Below, in pieces: positions 1 to 11,525 of a DNA stretch of 64,000 nucleotides. The translations under genes and the position numbers were made by a program. Origin of the DNA: Octopus vulgaris (Eukaryota); NCBI GenBank assembly GCA_951406725.2, contig OX597823.1, positions 35,154,001-35,218,000 of the forward strand. Direction: 5' to 3'. The notes below the pieces were generated by a model. The model saw only the letters and a program-made list of their open reading frames with translations, had not been told where the DNA came from and made no database searches. How positions within the stretch are numbered: the stretch's first letter is position 1; the number at the start of each line of letters is the position of its first letter.

Positions 1-1290
1 ACTGCATGCTTGACAGATGGAATAATATAACTATTGGCTTACTCTAATTTATTTACTTCTGTAAAACTAAGTAAAATTCTGATACTTCTTTCATTTATAT
101 TTTATTATCTTTTTATCTAAGAAATAATATAGTTTTTAATAATAGTAGCTTTATGCATTTGTTTATTTGATTTATGGCAGTATTTCCTCTGATAAACTAA
201 ATTTGTGTTTTTTACTTGTTATTTACTGAGTATATTGTTTATATTAGTATGAATAAATAAATAAATACGAATAACTATTATATATTATATATATCTTTTT
301 GAATAATTATGCATATATGAATATTTTTTGTAGTACCTATAATATTTAGTAGATATAATCATTGTTTTTTTTTAACTTGTATACACATACAAATTTATAG
401 AATAAAAATATTGGATTACCTTAATTTATTTCCTTCTGTAAAACTAAGTAAAATTCTGATACTTAATTTACTTATATATAATTATCATTATTATGTAAGA
501 AATGGTATAGTTTATAATAATCGTAACTTTATACACTTGTTTAACATTGGCGTATTTGGTAATAATTTTTGAATGAATGTATTATTGATTAAGAATTTTT
601 TAATGAATTTAGTGTCTGAATTAAATATATCCTTATTTATTTATCATTTTTCATCATAATATATAGTAATTTTAAATAGAGTGTATTTCCAACTCTACCA
701 TAATTTTTTAATATAGTACATATAATATAGGTATAAATATTATATAATAAGATGGCCAGTGATTATTTTCAATTAACATTATTGGAGATCCATGACTGTT
801 GTAATTTTTTTTTACTTAGTTATTTTATCCATTTTGAAGATAACCCTGAAACTCCAATGCTCATGCTTATAGACAAAAGTATATTTTGTATCAGTCAATT
901 TTATAATTTAGGAATCCTTGCTTGGAATTTTTGTCTGTTTCTTTTAACAAATGCCCTGAGGAGACTTACATGCATAAATGTGAATTTTTTAATAAATTCA
1001 CAAGTAGATATGAGTTGAAACAAATTGTTGGTTTTATATTTGTTTCAATTATTTGTTATATTATGTTATATGATATTATACTATGTATCCTTATATTATA
1101 TTATATTATATTATATTATAATGCAAATAAATTTTTGTATATTGAAATTATACTCTTTCATTTCTGGAATTCAACTGAGGTACCAGTGAAAATTGGATGT
1201 TTACCATCCCTTTGAAGGAATTGTTTTATGTTTCGCTTGATTTAGAATTATATATATATATATATATATTAAATACATATATTATATATT

Positions 1291-1596
1291 TAAAAACACC
1301 ATCCAAGCGTGGCCGTTCGCCAGCCTCATCTGGCACCTGTGTCGGTGGCACATAAAAAACACCATCCGAGCGTGGCCGTTCGCCAGCCTCGTCTGGCACC
1401 TGTGTCGGTGGCACATAAAATCACCCACTACACTCTCGGAGTGGTTGGCGTTAGGAAGGGCATCCAGCTGTAGAAATACTGCCAGATCTGACTGGCCTGG
1501 TGCAGCCTTCGGGCTCCCCAGACCCCAGTTGAACCGTCCAACCCATGCTAGCATGGAAAGCGGACGTTAAACGATGATGATGATGATGATGATGAT
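1291..1596 (+). mobile_element. SINE-like repeat, (GAT)n-tailed family, 5'-truncated, with an internal ~62-bp tandem duplication
   Basis: Ends AACCCATGCTAGCATGGAAAGCGGACGTTAAAC(GAT)n. The same body recurs in reverse at 1606-2118 and 5828-6120. Confidence 0.8.
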
Positions 1597-1605
1597 ATAT
1601 ATATA

Positions 1606-2118
1606 TCATCATCATCATCATTTAACGTCTGCTTTCCATGCTAGCATGGGTTGGACGATTTGACTGAGGACTGGAGAACCAGATGGCTGCGCCAGGCTCC
1701 AATCTGATCTGGCAGAGTTTCTACAGCTGGATGCCCTTTCTAACGCTAACCACTCCAAGAGTGTAGTGGGTGCTTTTACATGCCACTGGCACAACGGCCA
1801 CACTCGAAATGGTGTTTTATACGTGCCACCTGCACAGGAATCAGTCCAGTGGCACTAGCAACAACCTCGCTCGAATGTTTTGTTCACGTGCCACCAGCAC
1901 AAGTGCCAATAAGGTGACGCTGGGAACGATCACACTCAAATGGTGGTTTTGACATGCCACCGGCACGGAAGCCAGACAGCTACTCTGGCAGTGATCCCGC
2001 TCGGATGGAGCTGTTATCGCTCCACTGGCACGGGTGCCAGTCATCGAATTTGGTTCAATTTCAATTTCACTTGCCCCAACAGGTCTTCGCAAGCAGTTTT
2101 GTGTCCAAAGAAGGAAAG
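1606..2118 (-). mobile_element. SINE-like repeat, (GAT)n-tailed family
   Basis: On + it begins (CAT)n TTTAACGTCTGCTTTCCATGCTAGCATGGGTTGGACG, the reverse complement of the tail of 1291-1596. Internal GTGCCACC-type subrepeats. Confidence 0.8.
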
Positions 2119-2152
2119 GTATATATATATATATATATATACACACACAAAT

Positions 2153-2365
2153 ATTCTTTTATTCTTTAATTTGAATCAGTCATTTGACAGCATCCATGCT
2201 GGAGCACTGCCTTAAGTCCAACAAATCAACCCCAGGATTTATTCTTTGTAAACCTAATATTTATTCTATCAGGATCATCATTCCCAAACCGTTTACTTAT
2301 AGGGACGTAACTACACCAACATCGGTCAAGCGATAGTGAGGGAACAAACACAGACACACAAACAT
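2153..2365 (-). mobile_element. tRNA-derived SINE (CR1-tailed family), 3' half
   Basis: Aligns with 5319-5530 of the intact copy (CAGTCATTTGAC..CCATGCTGGAGCAC..GAACAAACACAGACACAC). Confidence 0.75.
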
Positions 2366-2419
2366 ATATATATAATATTTATATATATATATACACATAT
2401 ATATACATATAAATATATG

Positions 2420-3985
2420 AGTAATTGAATGAATTATCTTATTAAGGATAATTCGAAAGATAGCCGATACCTGGGTAGCAAATTCACATCAGAAAGAACA
2501 AGGTTGATGTCGACATCAAAATGCACAAAAAACTTTTAGCTGACCGCTCTCAAGGAGCCCATGGCGGTAATGAGAGTTTCTTTATAATGAGTGACATCAG
2601 AGTGGCTGAATGTAGAAGAATCTAGAAGTTTCTAAAGGTTCAAGAGTTCAAACGAAGTAGGAGGAGGGAGGCATAAGAATAGTAAGGTGAGAGAGTGCAG
2701 GTCAAAAGAATGGTGGGTTTAAATGATTTCTTTTGTGAATGAGTGCCTGTGTGTGTGACTATATAACTGTCTTAATGTGTGTATGTGTGTGTCTGAATGC
2801 ATGATTGTGTTTGTGGATGGGTAGATGTCAGAAAACTGACAGCTGTGAGGTGAAAGATCTGTGTCTGTGTGTTCGATTATGTTTACTGTATAGAAAAGAA
2901 AGTAGATAGCGAAAGGGAGAAAGAATCGGGTGAGGTGAGAGGCAACGCAAGAATGGATAGTAGTAATTGGGAATATAAGAAAATCTTTTTGACTATTGGG
3001 GTGAAATATAGTAAAAAATTTTTTTTGGAAATCGAGGGGTTATCTATATTAGTCACTATTTATATGAATGAAAGGTGTGTCTTTTCCAGTGTAAGCACCT
3101 GTAGGATCTTTCAACGATTGTGTTTATTAAAGGGTCTTTGGCGAACAAAATATGAAAAAGTTCGGAATTACAGATGCCACAAAATTTTCTGCCTTTATCA
3201 AACGGTAAGGACACCGACAAAATGGACCATTCGAGCTTGAACGTAGTGTTATTGTTCTTCAGACGCCAGACTAATTTGCTTAGCCCCGTGCTGTGTTACT
3301 TTCTCTTATCTCTGAAAGTGGAATAATGGTTGGAGACCCTTTGGGCTAATTTAGAAGAGGTTGCGCCAATATAGAAGTAGACATCGGTTCCAGAAGAGAT
3401 TTTGCATTGGTAAGTGGTGTTTCTAATTTTGGAATTTTTGGATAAGAACTTTAATCTGTTGGGGTTGGTTTCCGATACTAAGACAGAGTTTTTATTGTTG
3501 TGATAGGTGTACAAATTGTTGCTGGCTTTGGCCACGATACTATTCATCTTATTATCATTACTATTAGTCGTAATATTGTCGGCAAATTCCCTGGCTATAG
3601 GAATGCTGCGATTGTTATCATCAATAATGTAACTGTTATTAAGAATGCTGGTACTATTACGACTAACACCACCACTGTTAATAATCTGGCTAATCTGCCT
3701 CCCTCCTCCTACTTCGTTTGAACTCTTGAACCTTTAGAAACTTCTAGATTCTTCTACATTCAGCCACTCTGACGTCACTCATTATCGCCATGGGCTCCTT
3801 GAGAGCGGTCAGCTAAAAGTTTTTCGTGCATTTTGATGTCAACATAAGTTCCTTGATTTTCCTGATGAGAAATCTGTATAATGTACTCCTTATTCCTTCG
3901 GAATTAGGAATATGCAGCCTTCGAAACATATGTCGAGAATAAAGGATATTTGTTAACTAGTCGTTCAACTCCATTCTTTCATATA
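2420..3985 (-). mobile_element. Penelope-like element fragment: GIY-YIG endonuclease C-terminus between inverted pseudo-LTR arms
   Basis: Minus-strand translation TTYQCKI...YFYIGATS..LAQRVSNH (ORF 3296-3547) continues past a stop into STGLSKLVWRLK...CGICNSE. Inverted repeat 2507-2673 vs 3696-3845. Flanked by (TA)n. Confidence 0.8.
3850..3946 (+). ncRNA. Type I hammerhead ribozyme motif (PLE-associated, minimal palindromic stem III)
   Basis: Stem I TCCTTGATTTTC (3850-3861) pairs with GAGAATAAAGGA (3935-3946). Core CTGATGA 3862-3868, long stem II, GAAA 3923-3926, stem III AC-ATAT-GT. Predicted GUC cleavage after 3934. Confidence 0.8.
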
Positions 3986-4519
3986 CTTATATATATATAT
4001 ATATATATATATATGAGTGAAATATACACACACGTACATATATATGAGTGAAATTTTCACTCCCTTATGACAACCCATAGTTCTATCTCTAAGGAACTAT
4101 TTTTGTAATACGCATGGTTAAATTTTGGAGGGAAAATTGCGGATTCAATCGTCTATATAGGTTTGGCCTATGCTTACTTTCTCCCACTATTCCGACGTTG
4201 CCTTCTTGGGAAGTAGAGGTACGTAGCATCTGAAAAATCTATTTAAATGGAGGGTCACACTGATGAAAGACATGGAGTTTATATTCCTAATCTAGAAACA
4301 CATTCATAAATAACCATTAGACTTTGCTTTCGTTATTTCTTCCTTTTGGTTTGCATATGTGAATTACAGGGATATGTCGTATGTGGAGTCTCATTTGTAG
4401 AAAATAGAAATAAAGTCTTTGACTGCTTTTTCCAATTTTTCGGTATGTGGCTAGGCAACCTGTTGCCTGCCTCTTTTATTTATATACAAAAATATAAATT
4501 GAATTTATATATATATATA

Positions 4520-4690
4520 TATATACATACAACAGGCTTCTTTCAGTTTCCATCTACCAAATCCACTCACAAGGCTATGGTTGGCCCGAGGCTGTAGTAG
4601 AAGCCACTTACCCAAGGTGCCACGCAGTGGGACTGAACCCGGAACCATGTGATTGGTAAGCAAGCTACTTACCACACAGCCACTCCTATG
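4520..4690 (-). mobile_element. tRNA-derived SINE (CR1-tailed family), 5' half
   Basis: Matches 5565-5732. The reverse strand has A/B-box-like TGGCTGTGTGGTAAG and GGTTCAGTCCC. Confidence 0.8.
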
Positions 4691-5318
4691 TGATATATAT
4701 ATATGTATATGTGTGTGTGTATATATATATATTATGTAATTCTGTTTATATAAAATGTTTAAAATATTAATACTATGAATTATTTAGACATTATATATAT
4801 ACTGTATTTTGAAATAATAGCATGAAATTCAATATTTTGAAATGCTAGCACAAAATTCATTTATAGTAACAATATCAAAATAAGGAAATAATTATGAATA
4901 GATTGGTAGATAAAGTAATTAAAATATTTTTTATTATAAACATATTTATACGACATATATTACACATTAAATGATTGATAAATTAGTTTTCTTAGAATTT
5001 GAACTTGTACACATTAACCTAAAATAAACAGACCTTTACAGTTGTAGTGAAAAAAAACTTTTTAAAATTTAAATTGGTATCTTCCAGTTATACAAATAAT
5101 AATTAAATGCTAATACTTTTGACCACCAAAATAAACCTTTTTACATCACAAATATGAAATGCAGGATAAGGTATTGTTTACACAAAATTGTCATTGATTA
5201 CCAAGATGAATGAATTTAACAAGGATATATATATACAAACAATAAATTTTCTTACAAAAGTCAATCTGCATAAATCAAACCCAGCCATGGATTACTGAGA
5301 TGAATTTACCAAGGATAT

Positions 5319-5524
5319 ACTCTCTCTTTTACTCTTTTACTTGTTTCAGTCATTTGACTGCGGCCATGCTGGAGCACCGCCTTTAGTCGATCAAATCGAC
5401 CCCGGAACTTATTCTTTGTAAGCCCAGTACTTACTCTATCGGTCTCTTTTGCCGAACCGCTAAGTGGCGGGGACGTAGACACACCAGCATCGGTTGTCAA
5501 GCTATGCTAGGGGGACAAACACAG

Positions 5525-5567
<43 letters not shown>

Positions 5568-5732
5568 TACGACAGGCTTCTTTCAGTTTCCGTCTACCAA
5601 ATCCACTCACAAGGCATTGGTCGGCCCGGGGCTATAGCAGAAGACACTTGCCCAAGATGCCACGCAGTGGGACTGAACCCGCAACCATGTGGTTGGTTAG
5701 CAAGCTACTTACCACACAGCCACTCCTGCGCC
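5319..5732 (-). mobile_element. tRNA-derived SINE, full-length, with a CR1-like 3' tail and an internal (CA)/(TA) microsatellite
   Basis: Head GGCGCAGGAGTGGCTGTGTGG..GGGTTCAGTCCCACTG on -. Tail GGCGGTGCTCCAGCATGGCCGCAG..TGAAACAAG(TAAAAGAG)n. Other copies at 43313-43675 and split at 2153/4690. Confidence 0.85.
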
Positions 5733-5827
5733 TATATATATACAAACTTTAAATTTTATTACCAAAGTCGACCTGCATAAATCTAAACCAGTAAATTTTA
5801 ATTCTAATTTCAAAAATACTTTCTCAT

Positions 5828-6120
5828 ATCATCATCATCGTTTAACGTCCGCTTTCCATGCTAGCATGGGTTGGACGATTTGACTGAGGTCTGGCGAACC
5901 AGACTCCAATCAGATCTGGCAGTTTCTACAGCTGGATGCCCTTCCTAACGCCAACCACTCCGAGAGTGTAGTGGGTGCTTTTTATGTGCCAACGGCACGA
6001 GGGCCAGTCTGGCAGTACTGGCAACGGCCACGCTCAAATGGTGCTTTTTATGTCCCACCTGCACAGGAGCCAGTTCAGCGGCACTGCCAACGACCTCGCT
6101 CAAATGATTTTTCCCGTGTC
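5828..6120 (-). mobile_element. SINE-like repeat, (GAT)n-tailed family
   Basis: Near-identical to 1606-1890. Confidence 0.8.
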
Positions 6121-7639
6121 ATCAGAACAAGTGCCAGTTTCTCTGCAATATAGGGCCAAATAGATCAGTGTGAAAAGCCTGGTTATATAGCAAGTTCAAC
6201 ATTTACAAAACGATCTGCTCAAGCTTAATCTTTTCTACACTGCAGAAACATAGACCTTAAAATCTGAAGATACATCTGAATTTTTGAAATGCAGTATTTA
6301 CAGTAAAGAATAAAGGTATGATTATGAGACAGACATAGAAATACATGGCTAATATCATTACTGAAGTACTCAAAATTGAAATTGCTTGATCACTTAATCA
6401 GAAAGCTACATAACAACCTGAGTGTTGGTATTCTGCCTAAAACTTCCCTAACAGATCACATGGTAGACAGCCTAAATATAGAAGATACCAGTCAACAATA
6501 GAGGTCAAAGAGGGTGGCGATGGTCCACCTAGTAGGCAGTAAAAGTATCATACTATTAATGAATTAAATCGGTCATTATTTTCCACTGTTGATTAAAGAA
6601 CTTACTCGTATTTCTTGAAAATTTTCTTTTGTGATCTCGACCTCCAATTTATGTTTATCCAACTCAATCTTGTTTGTCGTTCTCCTTTTTTTTATCATTT
6701 TCTTTTCTTGCGATCTCAGGAAATCGAGTCTTCGAAAAAATAGGAACAGCGACTAAACAATTTACAATGAATCAACAATTGTATTCGTTTTAGTTTTCTT
6801 AAAACCGACAGTGAATTTTCCGGTTTAAGGCAGGTTCTTTTTATGAATTGGTCATTTACCATTAATGAAGCTCTTATAAAACATTTCCATTTTCTTTTCA
6901 TCCACCTCTCGTCTCTCATCATTTGAACATGTCCGAACCAATTATATTTAAATTAATTTGTAATTTTCACAATGTCACCTTATGGATCAGGATTGACCTC
7001 GGGTAACAATACTCTCTAGTGATTAGAGGCGAGTTCTTGTGCACACTTCCGCTATATCACCACACGCCCTTCAATCTTGAAACATTCCGTATATTCTCTA
7101 CATTTATATACACCGTGTTAGTAATAATTAATTTAAGAGACAGTTTATTAATCAGAAGGAAAAAAAATCAAGGTGATGCTGAAATAGTTGAAAGGGCTCA
7201 CATGGCGGAGATGTAAATGGAACCGTCCCCCCACAATTTTTTTACGGAATCCCATGTTTTAGGTTATGGAGATTCCGATTCTGGAAAATAAATTTTCAAA
7301 AATCGCAACTTCAAAATTTCACCCACCCCCCATTTCTTAATTTTTTTCCGGATTTTTTTTTTGCGAAATACGTACAAACATACGGAGATTATGATTCTGA
7401 AAAAAAAAATTGTTTGTAAAATTTCAATTTCTCATAAAAATTACTCTGAAAGAAATCTTTGCAGAAAGGTGAGTTGATTGATTATATATTTCTTTCATCA
7501 TGTTTTCGCAGTTTTATGAGATTCGGCGGTTAATGTTTACATCTTAACCCGGAAATGAAAATCCAAAAAAAATACTGGAATGGGTGTAAAACAATGTGTA
7601 AGAAACGAATATGAAAAAAAAAAAATTGTGCGCAAAGCA

Positions 7640-8384
7640 ACGAGAGAGTGGGGAGAAAACTTCGGAAAATTCACAAGATCCGAGCTTTTCCCTCATAACT
7701 TTTTGGAAAATGGGGTTTTTTTTCAATGAAATTTTATAGAAATACTTTTCAAATGGCATACATTACGATTATAAAGTAATTTGTGGGGGAAAGTAGGGAG
7801 AGGACTTTCGGAAAATTCCCAAGATCCGAATTTTTCCTCGTTTATTCCGAAATCACATTCACCTTTCTACCGATACCCTAGCGTAGTACTACTACACTAC
7901 ATAGTGTTTATTTCTACCCACTTTCAATAATTTTTAGTGTTTTGGCTTCAATTTTGTTTCCTTTTCAATTATTTTTACGCTTTTTTAACCCTTCGCTGTT
8001 ATTCTTATTCACTCGTTATTACTTTATCTATATCTATCTATCTATCTATCTCTATATCTATATATGGCATTCTTTCCATGTAACTTGACAAAATCAAAAC
8101 ATTTCACCGGGTATTTCCGTGAGTTGTGGAGTATAGATATAACGAAATTATGCCAGCAAAGTCTCATTTTAAACTTGAAGAAAAAAAAAAGCCTTGCATA
8201 TTTGTTCTTACCTGTTTCATGTGTGCATGTAAAATCTGCAAATTTCCAAGCTGAAAACAGAATCGAACTGTCACTTGCTTCCACGGAAATACCCGAAGGG
8301 AAATGTTTTGATTTTGTCGAATTATATCGAAAGAATGCCATACATATATACATACATATATATCACACACACACACACATACAT

Positions 8385-8443
<59 letters not shown>

Positions 8444-8620
8444 CACATGTATATATATGCACACATGTATATATACAGTTATGAGGAAAAACTTGGATCT
8501 TGTGAATTTTCCGAAGTCCTCTCCCCACTCTTTGGAAAAGATTTTACCCACAAATTACTTTATAATCATAATGTATGCCGTTTGAAAGGTATATATAAAA
8601 TTTCATTGAAAAAAAAACAA
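7640..8620. repeat. Inverted repeat pair (about 7715-7840 vs 8478-8617), with a direct subrepeat at 7644-7700/7796-7840
   Basis: TTCAATGAAATTTTATA..GGCATACATTACGATTATAAAGTAATTTGTGGG..TTCGGAAAATTC.CAAGATCC and its reverse complement. Confidence 0.7.
8065..8340. mobile_element. MITE-like element with ~60-bp terminal inverted repeats, inserted in TA-rich microsatellite
   Basis: TGGCATTCTTTC..GACAAAATCAAAACATTTC..CGGGTATTTCCGTG vs CACGGAAATACCCG..GAAATGTTTTGATTTTGTC..GAAAGAATGCCA; TA on both sides. Confidence 0.7.
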
Positions 8621-9479
8621 AACAGTTTCCTAAAACCTATAGCCAAACAGAATAAGATAATTTCTTGGTAAATTAAATTTTCAAAAGCCATTTGAGATAT
8701 TTAAAATAGATGGGTCATTGACACTACAGATTTTGTTGTTGTTAGTGTCTCATCTTATCAAAGTGACACACACCAATGACATGGCATCAAAAACATTATT
8801 TTGAGCTTTTAAAAATTATTTCCACAAAACTGTTATTTTTGTATTTAATGAATATTTTAAGATTTCTTTTATGATTAAAAGTCACTTGATATAGTTTTAA
8901 ACTGTCAATTCAGGCAAAGTATTTGATTTGAATTTCCAACTTTTAGTACTTGTGGTTAAATATCTTCTCTCCAATAATTTTCATGTTAACTCTTCATTGT
9001 CTCTTATGTCTTTATTTCAGGTTATCCGATGACAGTTAAACATATTCCACTTCAAATTTTGAAGACCAGCAATTACTCCATCAGCCAATGTTAGCCTGAT
9101 TCTACAAGTTTTGATTAATTGGATGTGAGATATTTTCCTGGAATTGAAGTTCTTTCAGTAGTATTTATGGGAAAATTTTGTGTAAAAGTTAAACTGAGAA
9201 GATTTACCATAAAGTCTTAACTGATTTGTGTGTACGGATTTAGATATTTAGACATGACCTTGCTAATTGGAGTGAGTTTATTTACTACTAGTTAATTATA
9301 AGAGTCTATTCTAATAAATTTTCTTGAAAGCATTTCTAATCATCTTGAACATAAACAAACTTTGTTAAAGTCCACCATACAGGGATAATAAAGTCTTGGA
9401 AATATTTCTGTTATATATTACAAAAACTACAGAAAGAAGTTAAAAGAAATTTTATATTTTAGGGAAAAAAGAGAAAATT

Positions 9480-10385
9480 ATGGTTTTTAATGAATCACAG
9501 ACTAAAATTGTTGATTCATCTGGTCAGACACAAGAAAACCTAAAAGAGAAATCACACATTTGTGATATATGTGGAAAGATATTCACATCATTAAACAATT
9601 TAATTGAACATAAATTAATTCATTCAGTATCGAAGCCGTATCACTGTGAAATTTGTGGTAAATCATTCACTAAAAGCAGTTTCTTATCTCAACATGAACG
9701 TATTCATACAGGAGAAAAACCGTTCCACTGTGATATTTGCGGTAAAGCATTTTCTCAGAGTGGTCATTTGTCTTCCCACAAACGTATTCACACAGGAGAG
9801 AAACCATACCATTGTGATGTCTGTGGCAAAGCTTTCTCCCACAGTTGTAGTTTGTCAAACCATAAAGGTATCCACACGGGAAGGAAGCCATACAAGTGTG
9901 ACATCTGTGCAGAAACATTCTCTTGCAGTGGCAATTTGTCTTCTCACAAACGTATCCACACAGGAGAGAAACCATTCCAATGTGATGTCTGTGGCAAAAT
10001 GTTCTCTCAAAAGGGTAATTTAGCTGACCACAAATATGTTCACACAGGGGAGAAACCCCACGTCTGTGTTATTTGTGGCAAAACATTCTCTCAAAGCAGT
10101 AGTTTGTCTTCTCACAAACGTATTCACACAGGAGAGAAACCATACCATTGTGATATTTGTGGTAGAACATTCTCTCACAGTAGTGGTTTGTCTTACCACA
10201 AACGTATTCACACAGGAGAGAAACCATACCATTGTGATATTTGTGGTAAAATATTCTCCCAAAGTGGTAGTTTGTCTTCTCACAAACGTATCCACACAGG
10301 AGAAAAACCATACCATTGCGATATTTGTGGTAGAACATTCTCTCTCAGTGGTAGTTTGTCTTCCCATAAACGAATCCACACATAA
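9480..10385 (+). CDS. C2H2 zinc-finger protein, 10 tandem fingers, 301 aa, single coding exon
   Basis: Ten CxxC-x12-HxxxH units with TGEKP linkers and a short N-terminus with no recognisable effector domain. Candidate splice acceptor TCTTTATTTCAG ends at 9020. Confidence 0.92.
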   Translation: MVFNESQTKIVDSSGQTQENLKEKSHICDICGKIFTSLNNLIEHKLIHSVSKPYHCEICGKSFTKSSFLSQHERIHTGEKPFHCDICGKAFSQSGHLSSHKRIHTGEKPYHCDVCGKAFSHSCSLSNHKGIHTGRKPYKCDICAETFSCSGNLSSHKRIHTGEKPFQCDVCGKMFSQKGNLADHKYVHTGEKPHVCVICGKTFSQSSSLSSHKRIHTGEKPYHCDICGRTFSHSSGLSYHKRIHTGEKPYHCDICGKIFSQSGSLSSHKRIHTGEKPYHCDICGRTFSLSGSLSSHKRIHT

Positions 10386-10564
10386 GAGAAACCATATCAA
10401 TGTGTGAAATTTGTGGTGAAAAGTTTTCTGGAAGTTTTGGTTTGTCTCAACATGAACATGTCCACACAGGAGATGAACCATACCATTGTGACATTTGTGG
10501 TAAAGCATTCTCTGAAAGTGGCAGTTTATCTTCCCACAAACATATCCATACAGGAGAGCTCTAA
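10386..10564 (+). pseudogene. Two vestigial C2H2 fingers downstream of the stop codon
   Basis: EKPYQC, then a 2-nt TG slip, then EICGEKFSGSFGLSQHEHVHTGDEPYHCDICGKAFSESGSLSSHKHIHTGE. Confidence 0.8.
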
Positions 10565-10594
10565 AGATGGAACAAACTCAAGCCTATGTGATGC

Positions 10595-11450
10595 CTGATG
10601 TATTGAGAATTTGCCCTTTTGGGATATGGTCCAGTATGAAATGTTTCAGATGTTGTGGTAGCATCTCATGTCCAATGTCTGTATCTTCCTTTGAATCTTG
10701 ACTGTGAGAATCCATGTTACACATTATACAAGATGATAGAAAGTGCTAGTGCATGCAGGAATCTGATGTTCTTCATAGTGACATTCTTACCTCTCCATAT
10801 TGGTTTGAGTTTGGTTAATTCAGGCATTATCTGTGAGGTTCTTGCAAGCATTTCAGGCCTCGATCCATTAACTTTAATAACTGACCACAAGTTTTTGCTG
10901 TGCTGCACTATCTCTAGTTTTTGTCCTTGTACAGAGATGTCTGTTGAGATGGTGCCATTGGTATTTATTTATATTTTGTTTGCCATTGATTCCCATCCCA
11001 AACTTGGTGGAAGCTTTATCAAACTAATCCAATCAATTCTTCTCATTTGGCCAGGCTATCAATGTTGTCAGCAAATCTCAAATTTGTCTTATTCCTCTTG
11101 ATGCTAATTGTGTGCACATGGTTGTTAAAGGTATTGCTCATGGTCTGCTTCAGGAATATGTTGGGGTAAAGGAGGCAGCCCTGGTAAACTTCTACAGTAT
11201 GGCATCACTCTTCAAATTGTATGAGTACTGCAATGGTTGTCTTCACATAAATTTTGTTAAATAGTCTGATTTAGCTTCTGCTCCATGTTGAATTTTTTCA
11301 TTGTTGGGTCTTGGAATGTCATGCCTGACACTATCAAACATCTTAAGGACTATCAAAACATGGTAAACAGTTTTATATGTAGTACATGAAACCAAATCTT
11401 GTACATAAATTATATAATTTACAGACTTGATCAAAGTATGATAAAACGTT
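10595..11450 (-). mobile_element. Degenerate RTE-like LINE RT/C-terminal fragment
   Basis: Minus-strand remnants KMFDSVRH and GSRPEMLAR..LTKLKPIWRGKNVTMKNIRFLHALALSIILYN. Confidence 0.55.
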
Positions 11451-11525
11451 CTTCAGTTTTCCAAACTGGTCTTTATCAACTGTTTAATTTGAAGCTATAT
11501 AATTGATGTTATTTGATACTAAATA

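Noticed and set aside
4255-4310. CTGATGA...GAAAC hammerhead candidate
   Set aside because: No stem I partner and no pairing stem III (GAAACACATTC); at best a very decayed relic.
9646-10508. Alternative-frame and antisense ORFs over the ZNF genes (also 17245-18005)
   Set aside because: Shadows of the 84-bp finger periodicity.
10383-10598. A-to-I editing of the UAA stop (to a Trp codon) restoring fingers 11-12
   Set aside because: The TG slip at ~10403 shifts the frame, so read-through gives EKPYQCVKFVV... and no fingers.
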